Origin: Podarcis pityusensis
Taxonomy: Eukaryota
Length of the DNA stretch: 64,000 nucleotides
Strand: one strand, 5' to 3'
Assembly: GCA_964106645.2 (NCBI GenBank)
Contig: OZ067041.1
Part shown: positions 40,101 through 53,700 of the stretch, piece by piece
Layout: every line of letters starts with the position of its first letter
Numbering within the stretch: the stretch's first letter is position 1
The notes under the pieces: generated by a model
Databases searched by the model: none
Told to the model about the DNA's origin: nothing
The model's input: the letters and a program-made list of their open reading frames with translations, nothing else
Position numbers and translations under genes: made by a program

Positions 40101-43100
40101 TGAATGCTAAGCATATTGAATAGGGTATTAGTTATTTTATTACTATATATTTATCATTATTACAGCATAAAATTTACATGCCTCTTGATTGTAAAAAAAA
40201 AAATCAATGCTGTTTGCAAAAAGATAAAATAAAATCGAGAAAAATTCACAGCCATACTTTAAAACATATAAAAGTTTAAATACTAAAATTGATTAAAGTC
40301 ACCTTGGCTTTCTAAGCATCTGGGTAGGCTTGTCTAAGCAAGAATGTTTCCAGCAGGTGCTGAAAAGAGTACAGTGATTAGTTACCTAATCTATAGTTCA
40401 TGTTTGTAGCGGATGAAAGGTTTCCATTAAAAAAAAATTGTAAACTGCTTTCCCCCTCCCTGTCTGTGACATTTTCCCAAGGAAGAAGAAGAGTCCTCAA
40501 AAGGCTGAAGTCTACCTTCAAGGAGCATTGAAAACCTACCTTGCGGAGGGATGGGCATTGCTTATTACGCATACACGGAAGCAGCTAGCAGAATGCCAGA
40601 AACACCTGGGACAAGTGGAAAAGTATCCTTCAAAGCAAAGGGTATGTCTTAGGTACCTATGTGCTTTGTTGGGGAGGGTGGGTAGTACAGCAGAAGGTGC
40701 ACAGCACTGTCACCCAAGGATTGCACCAATAATCAATGTTTCAATTTTTCATCAGAGGTTAGCTGTTGGAGCTGCTGGGCTTTGCACATAACCGCCATAA
40801 AGGTCCTGGCATCGCTTTTATTTATTATTTATTTCTTAATACTTATATACTACTTGATAGTAACTACCTTGGAAGTGGTCCACTGACGCAGCCGGTCTTC
40901 TCTCCCTCCACTCCCTAAATCTGCTCTGGAGAGTTAGGTGAACTTCCATAAGGTTTAGAGGGGAGGAAATCCTATTGCGTGAGCAATCTTTGTTCTGCTT
41001 CCACATAACCCACTTAGCGCTATGTTAAATTACACCGCTAATGTCACATATATGAAAATAGGATCAGAACTGGCAGTGACTCTCCAGGGAAGAGAACTTG
41101 GGATCGTGGTTGGTAGCTTGGTGAAAGTGTTGACCCAGTGTGTACCAGTGGCTAAAAATACAAATTCCATGTTAGGAATAATTCTGGTTGCTTCACCTCA
41201 AGTCAAGAAGGATAGTGTAGAGTTCAGGAAAGGGCAGCCAAACTGGTCACAGTTCCCTCACAGTTTGAGGAATCCTTATGAGCCTCCCAGTTTTAAGTAA
41301 ACACTCCTGAGTTCCAGTTGGCAGAGGGGATGTGATTTCATCGTTGATATAATTACTACTATTAAATAATTACTAAGCAGGTTTGTTTTTAAATGTAGAA
41401 TTAGGTACGGAGATTATGTGATTTTTTTAAAAAAAACCTGTAACATGAATGAAGTATTTGTCGTTGCATCAAGGTGGCATATTATTTGTGTGTGTATGTA
41501 TACTCCTTTCTCCACACTTCCTTAACTTCGTGCCAGCTATCTTCAAACAAGCAGTCTTTTAGCTGCTGATGATCACTTAACAGAAGAAGAACGCAAACAC
41601 TATTGCCAAGAAATACTAAATTTTGCCAAACAGCCCTCAGAAGGTGAAGGTAAGACTTTCAAGAGACACTTATTGTGAAACTTCAGCTAGGCTATCTTTC
41701 TTAAGAAGTTAGGGCAGAGTGGGGAACCTTAGGCCTCTTTATCTGGCTGTCAGGACTCTGCCCAGATCACCAGACCTAACTTGGATCCTCCTTGAGGTTT
41801 TGTTTTTCCCTGGCTGGAATATGTATTCGATCTCTGATGGTGCCCCTTGCCTTGCCTTGCCGGAGGCTAGCATGGTGTGTGAAAGTATAAAACTAGCCTA
41901 TTGTACAAATTATATTTGTTGTTCTGTGCTCTTTTGCCTCTGTCTTTACCCACCATGGGCACTACCCAGAGTATTGCCCTGAAGGGAATGTGGCCCTCAG
42001 TCTGAGAAAGATTCACCACACCTGAGCCAGTGGCTTTTGGTTTTGAATGGCTTTTAAAGCAAGATTAGTTTCATCATCTTGTAAGATTTCAACTTGCTCC
42101 TTTTTGAAGGAATAATTTTGTATAGGTGATTCCATTTTTATTTTTTTTTAGTTCCTTCATTTTATTACATGCTTCTGCCCTCTTCTGCCTACTATTTTGT
42201 TCAATTAATAGCTTCAGAATTTTACTAAAAGGATGCTGTGGCTTTAGGTATTGTGTGATTATACAGAGCTCGTAACATTTGCAGAATTAGGTTGCAGAGT
42301 TTAGTTTCCTGAAAATCTCAGCTTTCATTTTTATTGCACAAGTTTCTAGCCCATATGGTAGGGAAGATGTACTTGAAAGTGTGTTAAAAATGAAGCTGAG
42401 AGGGTGGCTGAATTAGATTTCTAGTAGTTCGGAGATGGGGTTTACATAGTACTCTACATAGTTATTTGTCTCTCCCCAGGATTAGGCCAATTAGAATAAA
42501 TTATGCAAAGCATATAGATAGCATATTATGCAGAATATATTGTCCAAATGTGTTTAGGTTGCGGAATTTGGTCTTTTTGACACAATTAAGCAAAAGTGAT
42601 GGGCTGTATCCAGCATTAGTGATAGTCAGAGTAGACCAATTGAAATTCATGGGCATGGCCAATTTAGGTCTATTAATTTCAGTGTATTTATTCCGAGTAT
42701 AACTTAGTGTGTTACAACACAATATATATACTGCAGCTGGAATTCGAAGAGTACTTTTGATGAGCCCAAAGACTTGTATTATTCCTGCATTGCAGGGGGT
42801 TGGACTAGGTGATTCTTGGGGTTCCCTTCCAAGTCTGCAATGCTATTATTCCATGATTGCAGAACCTCCAGAAATGTTTCCACTCTGTGAGTCTGGAGAT
42901 ACATTGAGGCTTATGAATCTGTGCCCCTAAAGTTGTGCTGTGATTCACAAACCAAGAGTTCATGCTCTTCCTTAAGAGTTACTAGGTATTAGCTGAATTG
43001 TATCTTTGCTTTTATTACACTCATATGGTCAATAGAGTTTCACATGTATCTTATTTTATGTTTGTTTGCAGATCAGAAAGTTATACTGTCCATGCATTCC

Positions 43101-46100
43101 TTTGCACAGCTGAAGAATCTGCATTTTGACCCTCCTAATGCGGTGGTCCATGTGGGTGGAACGCTCTCTATTGAACTGACGTTGGCAAATCAGATGCCCA
43201 TCGCGGTGAAAGTGGATCAGATTGCTATTAATATCCATTTCAGCATTGAAAAAAATAGCTACCGGAAGACAGCTGAGTGGCTCACAAAACACAAGACTTC
43301 CAATGGTATTATCAGCTTTCCAAATGAGGTTGTAGGTCTCTCTCTATCAAGAAGTAGCTTGCCGATGTTGGAGTTGTATGAGATGTATGAAAGGAGCCCC
43401 TCGGATAATTCCTTGAACACAACAGGCATCATCTGCAAAAATGTGCACATGCTGTTGCGAAGGCAGGAGAGCAGCTCTTCTCTGGAAATACCCACGGGGC
43501 TAACTCTGGAGGATGGTGCCCACGTTTTAAAATGTAGCAACTTAATACTGGAACCAGGGGTCAATAACATAACTTTCAGAACCCAGGTATGTTCTTACGG
43601 AAGGCAAGCGGTAACCTGGTATTGCTCCCTTGCCTGAAATTTGCCACTCTGCTACTTCTTGCTTTTAGTCCCTCTCGCGCCTGGCTGGCCTTGACTTATT
43701 TAGAAGAAAGGCTTCTAGCTGTGCCAGGATGTCTAGCTGGTTCTGTGACATGTATCTGTAGAAAATCAGGATTACTCTGAGCCAAATATCTTTTAACACA
43801 TTATTTTCAGTTCTTGTCACTTCTCTAAAGTTTAAAAACTTTGAGCTGCTTAGCTGGAATTAACATTCAATCTACCGTGCTCATTGTCAAAACAGTGTGC
43901 AGAAAATGGTTTTAGTCAAGCTTGCTGAGAATTAATTTGCAAGATGTTTAAAGTGATAAGCGGTCTCTTGATCATACAATAGTTTGTACCTTTAACACTT
44001 TTAATAGCACAAAAAACCCTGCACTTCAGCTTTGTCCGGTTTGCCAGCTACGGTCAATACAGTGGTGCCTCGGGTTAAGAACTTAATTCGTTCTGGAGAT
44101 CTATTCTTAACCTGAAACTGTTCTTAACCTGAAGCACCACTTTAGCTAATGGGGCCTCCTGCTGCCACCGCGCGATTTCTGTTCTCATCCTGAAGCAAAG
44201 TTCTTAACCTGAAGTAATATTTCTGTGTTAGCAGAGTCTGTAACCTGAAGCGTATGTAACCCAAGGTACCACTGTACTGTACAGAGATAGCCTGACCACT
44301 GTAGTCCATGCATTGCTGACCTCAAGGCTGGATACTGTAATGCGCACCATGTGATGACTGGCCTTGGGTCTGGTTCAGAAGTTCCAGTTGGTGTAGAATG
44401 CAGTAGCCCAATTTCTGATGGGAGCTTCTGGTCGAGAAAATGTTACATGGTTGTTAAAACCATTGCACTGGCTGCCCATCTGCTACTGAGCCTGGTTCAA
44501 AGTTGTCATCATAATTTACAAAGCCCAGAACAAGTTAGGTCCAGGGATCACCTGAACCTTTATATCCCAGCTCCATCACTGAGATCACCTATAGGAATGT
44601 TGGCCATTCTTCAAGTTGGTGAGGCTCATTAGACTGCAACAAGAATTCAAGTCTTTAGTGTCATGAACCCAGTCCTGTGGAATATTCTGCCGATGGAGAT
44701 TCAGCAGGCACCTTCTGTGCCATCTTTGAAAGACCTGCTGAAAATTGTTCTGTCCCATCAGGACTATGCAGGCGGTTATGAATACATCCTTAAACAATGG
44801 TTAATTGATGTCTCTTTTTAACTGTTTTGTGTGGTTTTTATTACACGGTTTTGTTTCAGTGCTGTAAACCGCTTTGATACATATTTTTAAATGACATAGT
44901 GGCATGCAAATATTTTAATAAATTAATAACATCAGTGGCCTGTTCAAATGTTTCATTACTGCAGTGTCTTGAATTTCATAGGTACATGCTTTTTTAGTAG
45001 GAAAGAGTAGTGGATTGCTCACTTTTTGTCAGTCACTTGCTATATATTAGCCAATTTGTCTAAAATAGGACTAGGCTATGTATGGCCTACATGAGCTTTC
45101 CCCAGCCAGTGTAGTAGAGTATACTTGGTTGCCCTGAAGCCACTGCCATTCATGCTCAAAGCAGAGTAGGCAACAATGGCAAAGCAACTGGAGTTGGATT
45201 AAAAGTGGGTAGATGCCTCCCATAATAGACTCAACTGGTTTGAAATGCTTAAGCATTGTGCTTCTTTAGCTTTATTGTGAGTTCGTGCAACTTTATTTTG
45301 AAAGAGTGCAATTAGCTGAAATCTCTGCTCTGCTATCCTCAAGCAATGTCCATGATGTATCAGAAACCTTTCTTCAAGCATTGTGGAGCGCAAAGTGCAG
45401 GTCTTTGTTGTTCCCTTCTTCTGTTTCAGAACTTCTCTGCAAGCGAGATTGACTAAATGTACTGCGCGTATCAGAGGCCAGTGCTAGCAAGCCAAAGTTT
45501 TTGGCCAAGGGACAAAATGTATATAGCCTTTGGCAGTCGTAGGTCAAGTGGTACACCTTTCAGTAATTTGAATAGCAGTACCATTCAATTACAGGCTAGC
45601 CACCTTCTGGCTGCAGACAGGAATTGCAAATAAATGAGTTCTGTATTACTATATTACCACAAAGTTCATGAACACGTTTTAAGTGGTATTTCTACAGAGT
45701 GCTCTACAGCAACCGTAAACACAAATGTTGGCTGATGTTCTGAAAATACCACAAGCAAACATCACTTAACAGCATAGCTGAGAACAATTGTTGCTTTAGA
45801 AGTTATGTCACCTTTGATGTAAAAAAAACCCAAACATATATGAATTTGTGCCACAAAGCAGACTGCTTACCAGCATCCTTAAATAAACCACAGTTCAATA
45901 TTTTTGAAGTTATTAAATAATCAACCCCCTCCCATTTTGTATAAATGGGTGCCAGTAGAAAAATAAAACTACAGTTGAATAACCTTGAAGTTACATGGTT
46001 TCTTTCTCTCACGCATACCCCAATTTGATTTTCAGCCTGCTATTTTAAGACTGTGTGTTTATTATGCAAGAGTCCATGTGTGGTGCAGTCAATTATATAG

Positions 46101-49100
46101 GGGAGACATTAACTTAATAACAACACACCTCAAGCTATTCAAATGCTTGCCGTTCTATACATATAAAATCTGGATATACTAACAGCCACATGCTCATACA
46201 ACTATGCAGCCCTAAACTTTTATTATTGCAATGTAGCCTGTTTTGCATGAGTATATGATTATATTAAGAATATAGTAATTACCATTTATTCAATATTTCC
46301 TAGTGAAAATAGTCTCCAGGGGACTCAAGGTACTCACAGTATAAAAAAACCACATTTTTTAAAATAACTAAATAAAAGAATTAAGTACAGAGATAATAGT
46401 AATCAATGAGAATTTCAATACAATTTGAAAAGCAACACACATATGCCCAAGAAAATCCATGTATCATAACTAACTCAAAGCAGACCTGTTTAAGGCCCAG
46501 CAGAGCATAATAGCAAAAGTAAGGTCTTTTACCTGGTGTTGAAAGATGTTAATGATATTTTTTCCTGTATGCAAATTATTATTGTTATTATTGTTATTAT
46601 TATTATTCTGGCTTCTACATATGTCTCCAGGTGATTTACAGAAATTTGAAATGTTCTGTCAGATCACCTGGTAAAACTGAGATCCCTAAAGAATATTGTT
46701 TTTTATTTTTCTCATAGGGCAAGGATCCTGGAACATACACACTCAGGCAGTTATGCATTTCAGTGGGCAAAATGCAGTTTGCCCTTCCTCATATTTACCC
46801 AATAGTGCAGTATGATGTTTACTCTCAGGAGCCACAGCTAAAAGTGGAGCCATGTACTGGTAGGTAAAATTTGCTTGAAACTATGCATGTTAATTTCTCT
46901 TGCTACGTGTCTAAATTAGGTACTTTCCAGTTTGAAATATGTTCTGCAACTTATGAACTAATTTGGAGGACTAAATTCTCAGTATCTAACTTGCCACAAG
47001 AGTCAAATATACAAATGCTTAACATTCTGAAATACACTATCTAATTTCAGTGTAATGTGTTTTTGCACTGCCTTGATAGTTTTATTGAAGGGCAGTCCTA
47101 GATAGCTTTTTAATAAAGTTTGTCAGCTAGCTGCCATTGGAAATGGTTTGCTCGTAACCTTGCAGAACAGCTACATAAATCTTGAGTAATTAGACATTCA
47201 TGCACCTGGTGCTTTGGAAATAAATGTACATTACATAGTTCAACTTAAATGAGGCCAAGGGAAACTTTTAATTGATTTTGCTGCTGGAGCCACTGTTCTT
47301 GCCAAATAACTTCCTACAATATCTGTTGCAATATCTGAGTACATTCTGGGTTGTGAAAAATTGTGGAACGCGTGCCTTGTCTTGCCTGGCTTTCCTCAGT
47401 TTTGGGGAGTTTGTTTTGGCTGTTTCCAATGCAGGAAACTATTGAACTTCTCATTTACTTAGAAGAGCTTCTCAATCAAGGAAGATGCTGAAATACAGCC
47501 TTAGCTGTGAAGGCTCTTGCTGCGGAACTTGTTCCACAGTTGAATCTACCAACTTGAAAATTCTCTGTAGGGTTTTCCCTACTTAGAGGAAGTGAAGTTT
47601 GCATTTCACATAATTATTTTGATGATTAATATGCAAAAAAGGAGGGATGCTGAAGGATTCCTGTTTCCTCTGGGAGTGAAGCTACCCTTTCCCCCTGCCC
47701 CTCAGAGCCATACACGGTTCAGCATACCGATTTGTGGGTTGGTCCACAATTTACAAACCAACATATGCGTGGGTCCAGCAGCACAACTGAGCATGCTGTG
47801 GTTTAGTTACTAGCTGCTCCAAGCAGCTGTAGAATGTTAGAGAGAGAATGTGGCTCCCAGGCCTTGTTGCAAGGACATTATTATTTTTCTTTTATTATAA
47901 CACTGCAGATTTTCTCTATCTGACTATCTATCTATGCATGTAGACAGGACACATGGACCCAAGCCAAGATCTGGAAGCCAAGTTTCAACCATGGTTTTAT
48001 ATTTTGGCTTTCTGGCTAGCTATCAACCACAGATTCTCAGTTTGGACATAATGGCTAGCACACGTTTCCTTTGCTTGCACAAAGGGAAGGGCAAAGCAGG
48101 AGCAATCTTGGTGTATAAACCAAGATTTAATCATCCATATGTAGCCATTGTGGTTGTTCTGAGACAGCAGAATTAATTGTTTCTCTTCACCACTACTTCA
48201 TTTTTTTTCCAGACAGCCTTTTGGCTGGGATTCCTCAGAAGGTAAAATTTACAGTGACTACTGGCCATTATACCATAAAGAATGGAGATGCACTCCAGCT
48301 AAGTAATGCTGATGCCATGCCAATTTTGTACCATCCAGAGAGTAAAGCTGTGATTTACTCAAACACAAAGGGTATGTAGTTTCGGTATTATTATACTAAT
48401 ATTAGTATTTTGATGAAAGAGGGCTTCCTGCAGCCAGGATATAGAAATGCTATAGGAGCTGCATGGTAATTGTAGGTGTAAGAACTTAGCCTCCAATTTT
48501 ATATTTACTTCTTAAATCTGTTTTACCGTAATAGGTTTAAGCTTTCGTTGATCACAACCTCAAGAAATCTGTTACAATGTAGTATGCAGAATAGCTGCTT
48601 CTGATGTTTTAGTTCTCTGATTCTCTGCACAGCAGTCTGAAAACATATGGCAGGAAAAATATATTTGGAAGCAGTTTAATCTTTTATCAATTCCAAGCAG
48701 AGTTGTTATCCCAAGGGTTACCATATAAATTAACTTTCTCTATCGGCACCCTCCCTGCTAACTAATTTTTTGTTGACAGTCATAGCCATGATTCAGAAGT
48801 GTGCATCAAAACCATTCTAAGCACTTCTTTATTAGCAGCTTTCTGTTCCATGGCGTAAACATCAGTGTTTAAGAAAGGGAATTTGTTATGAGAGCTTCCA
48901 AATAGGTAAAGTTCTTCAAATATTCTGGCATATATCCAACTCTGCCCAAGTGGAGTTCTTGTGGTGCAGGACTGGGAAACCTTTGGTCTTCTGAATGTTC
49001 CTGAACTGCAGCTCCCATCATCCTCAGCCAGCATGGCCTAATGGCTAGATAGGATAGGACTTGTAGTCCAAAACATCTGAAGAGCACCAAAGTTGCGGAT

Positions 49101-50698
49101 GCTGCTATAGAGAACTGCTTAAGAAAAGCCACTAAACAAACTTCTTGTGTGCTGTCCATGTAAGTCTCTGGGTTGCATAATGACTTTGGTACAGTGGCCA
49201 AAGTCTTGAGATCATGTTTGTCTCAAAGAAAGGGCATTAGAGGAATATGTTATAACACCTGCAAAAAGTTACCTAGTGGGTTAATTCAGACAAATATCAA
49301 GCCATGATTTGTGTTAACTGTATAAGGTAAACCATGGCTTGTGTGGTTTCCTTTTTTCTTCATCCCTACTGAGAGTCCCCAAAAGTTACCTCACACAGTA
49401 AAACCCAGTGTGGTTTGTTGGTTTAGAGGCAATGCCACACTTTATTTTGAGGAATACCATGTGTTTGGAGTGAAGTGATTATTCTTAATTATAGTTTAAT
49501 TGATATTTTATGCAATTGTAGAAAAGGCATCGGAAGCATCTCTAATGATCCAGTCGTCTGAGAAAATCACAAGCATCAGCTTACCTGTGGCTCCTGCTTA
49601 TCACGTGATTGCCTTTGAACTCGAAGTCTTGTATTTACCATCAACCTCAGTAAGTGTGCTGGAGAATGAGAACCTGGTTAGCAAAGAGCTTCAGAAAAAA
49701 AGCAAAGAGGAGACGTCTTACAATCGTATGGCTACAATTGACCAAAAAGTAAGTTGGCGTGAATAATGTAATACTTTATAGCCCTGTTAAAGTAGTTACT
49801 TCCTTTGAGATGGTAAATTGATTTATTACACCCAGAATATTAGAGGAATGCTGTGTTCTTTGGGACCACAAAAGAAAGCTGTGCAGTAAAATATTGTAAA
49901 ATGTAAAGATATTTTCCTCTGTGAACAAAAGCTACATCAAAAACACATTTTAACCACAGTTTTTTGTTCTTGAAATACACAAAACAGCACCTCCTGAAAA
50001 AAAGGTGATTCTTTGTAACTTCATTCCTGTTTTTGCTACCTTGCTCTAAAGCAAATTAAATGTGCCTGGTGTGCAGTGACTGTAGAAATACAAGAAAATA
50101 ATAATGTATAAAAAATACTCTGATTTTGTTTTATGTTCTTATTTCCCCTCCCAATAAAGGGTACACTTCTTAAGAAATATTGCAACTATTTGAAATTAGA
50201 AAAATTAAAATTTCAATAATAACCTGAATAACTTTATTCTGTCTTGCCTGCAGGTAACCATTGATTGTCCATGGTCAATTTACTCCACCATTATTGCACT
50301 TACATTCAGTATACCCTTTACAGCCAAACATTCCTTGTTATCAGCAGGCAAAAGGTAACTTTCTCAAGGTCTCTCTCTTAATTCATCATAAAGATATGTC
50401 TTATTACAGCTACAGTTTACAACAATATGAATGGGCAAGGAGTTTTGAACACCTGGCCTGTTTTCTCCCTCCTTTTGTGCTTCATAAATCAATGCCATAC
50501 CTGCTTACTTGAGAGTACAAATACATAGTGATATGGTAGAGTATTTTTTAATTTCACCTTTTCCAATGGGAGACTAACATAAAAACATAATCTAGACTTG
50601 GAATATAGTGGTTTGTTTAATTTAAATGTAATTTTAGCATGATTAAACAGTGCTATGAATATGTAGAGCTCTTTTTCTCTATTATTTAAGCCTTTAGC

Positions 50699-50738
<40 letters not shown>

Positions 50739-53700
50739 CTAACAATACAATACATGACAAAGTAGGCTCTTTGCAATATTAAAAAATATGTTTTCCTTTT
50801 TATTTTTAGGAAATACATACAGGTTTGCGTGCAGAACATGTCAGATATCTCTTTTAAGTTATCTGACAGTAGTCTTAAAAGTTCTGGCGTCTGCACAGAT
50901 TTAAGTCTTGATCCTCTAAACTCCAAAGCTGAACAGGTAGGCTTTCTTTCTTGCTTTTTTTATAAATAAATTTTTATTATTAAAATAATTCAACATTCAT
51001 ACATGTTACGAATATACAAACATCACATCTGTTTCTCACATCTGTTCCCCTCCCCCGACCCCAAAAGTTTATAGAAAAAGCATTATGAACCTCAGCTAAT
51101 TGGAACTCATTGACTGTGTTTGAACGCCACACTAAACTGTTAGGAAAACATAACTGAACCTAGCTTCCTCCCTAGCTCACATGCTACTTTGCTTCCACAT
51201 TTTGCTCCTGCACGGCCAGGAGAAGGAGTTAGAAACTTTCTCTTCCATTTTTGGTTAGCTGGGGTTTGTCATATTCAACACCATACAAAAGAAAAAGGAG
51301 AAAAGAAAATGGAGTCAGGTTTCAAGTCCTACACACAAAAAAAATTGTGGAATAGCAATTGCTGGAGATAGTTCTGTGAGAGGAAAACCAAATAGCAGTT
51401 GGTTGCAGCCATATTGATGGAGGGAGACTCATGCACAGAATTCTCACAGCGTAAACCCCAGTTTTGCTGTTCACAACCCAAATTATGCCTGCTTCCCTCC
51501 TCCTTGCTCCTTCCAGCTCATGCTGGGAGAAAACAAATCACAGCCTGTGACTTAGCAATATGTCAGAACCATGGATCATGGTTTGTTTGGTTCCAGCAAT
51601 CCACAATCAATAATCCAAGAACAACTGTTGGCCATGCATAATGATTTTGGAGCAAAGCAAAGCACAATCTCGGGTTTGGCTGTAACACTAAGCCAAGCCT
51701 CGTGGTTTGCTTTCTCCCAGCATCAGCCAAGAGGGCTGAAACAGACACAGTTTTGCGTGTGTGTAGTTAGCTGTCATAGCCAACCACAAGAGCTAGACAT
51801 TTGTTTTAAGTAAAACCAATGTGAGGGATCCAGGGTTCTGAGCAAACTATTCAGCCTTGAGGGAAGGGGTTGCTGCATGCAGTGCTGTTGACGAATACAC
51901 TGTCCACCCCTATTGAATTTTATTTTTTTTAAGTATGTATATTCTGTTCTTTATTAGCTAACACCAGAGTGACTATTGACAAACTCATAACTCTCTCTTT
52001 CAGCATATCTACACTAAGCAAGCAGTATTCTTTGTATGGGAACTGAAGTGGACAAAAGAACTTCCCTCATCTTTGCAATGCCAGTTTTCAGTGAACTTCT
52101 GTTCAGCACCTTCTGAAGAGCACTCACTGTCTCTGAAGCCGTACACTTACGAATTCCAGCTGGAAAACTTTTTTGTAAGTTTTTGCCACGCTGACAGCTA
52201 GATCAGATAGGTTGGAGATTTTCCAGAGTGGAAGCAGGCAGATTCAAGGAATCCACATTAAAAGATTGTGGAGTGGGGGTGGGGGTGGGGCTTTCAAATG
52301 TTTATTTATTTATCAGTATTCATATACTGCTTGCCATTATCACACAATCTCAAAATGGTTTACAGGAGTAAAAATTTTAAATTCCATATTGTAATTCTGG
52401 AATACTCGAAGGGTTGGTTTGTGCCAGGCACTTGCCACATTGAGAGCACTCGATCACTGCTTGGCAAGTGGCTCTTACTGCTTCTGCAGTGCTTAGAGCA
52501 GATTATCTGTGGATTGTCACAACCTTGTGGCATTTCTGGGCCATTGCTGGATAGTGGCTAGTGGTGTCATAGAGATTTCCGCATGACAGCAGTGCCCCAT
52601 GGGACAAGCCATTCTAGATGTTACAACCTCTGTATGGTGCAGTTGCCACATGATGATATTTTAGGAAGCCATCACATGTTGAATGTAATGTTTGGTACTT
52701 GTTTAGCATCAATACGATTTGGGCTTGTTTGTTTTTACGATACAGAGTTGATTTTCAGGCTTTCGCCCTAGCTTTTGTGGCTTGGTCCTATTTTTTATGG
52801 AAAAGTAGAAGACAGACTTTCTCCTCCTCTGCCAATCTCCTTTTACTGATAGATTATCTTTCCTAATCAGTTTAATTGTGGAAATGTTTAACCTTGTGTA
52901 TATAATGACCATGAATATCATTGTGCTCCTGCCAGACATTATATAATGTGAAAGCTGAGATTTCCCCCCCATTGGGGGCAGAATATTGTAAAACAGGCTC
53001 GTTGTGCTCACTGGAGGTGTCGATCACCCGCCTTTCAGACCTCCTAGATGTGGACAAAGACGAAGCATTGACAGAATCTGATGGTTACTGCACAACAAAG
53101 CTAATGTATGAAGGTAGGCATACGAATTGGACTGCATTTTGTGTGGTTTAGTCACTCAGGTCACCCAAAAGTGTATGTAGCTCTAATATCCAAAGAATTT
53201 ACCCCCTCCAATTATCTTGAATTAAATCTATAGTAATTCTTAATCTTAAAGCTATCAACAGGATTTTAAATATGTGTATGTATCTTCATCAAATCATTTT
53301 GTTTGTATGGCATCACTGACTATCTCATGAAGCTTGTATAAGGACTACATCAGACATTTTATATAGTTCCCCCATAAGTGTGGCTTATACAGTATTCAAA
53401 ATGAAAAATGGGTCTCAGTAACTGTTTCCTTTTAATAGTGGTTTCTCTTTTGTTTCAGTTGTAGACAATAGTAGTAACTGGGCAGTCTGTGGGAAGAGCT
53501 CAGGGGTAATATCTATGCCGATTGCAGTTCGGGCAACCCACAAAGTGCACATGGAAGTCATGCCACTCTTTGCTGGATACCTCCCTTTTCCTGATGTTAG
53601 GCTATTTAAATACCTCCCGCACTACTCTGCTCACTCTATGCAGCTTGATGCAGGTAAGAATGTATTCCTTTCAATGCTTCGTTTGAAGGCCTGAAACACA

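Noticed and set aside
40478-40495. Possible NAGNAG alternative acceptors at exon 12 (caag|gaagaagaag)
   Set aside because: The next AGs are offset by 4, 7 and 10 nt and so are out of frame. The run simply encodes Lys-Lys-Lys.
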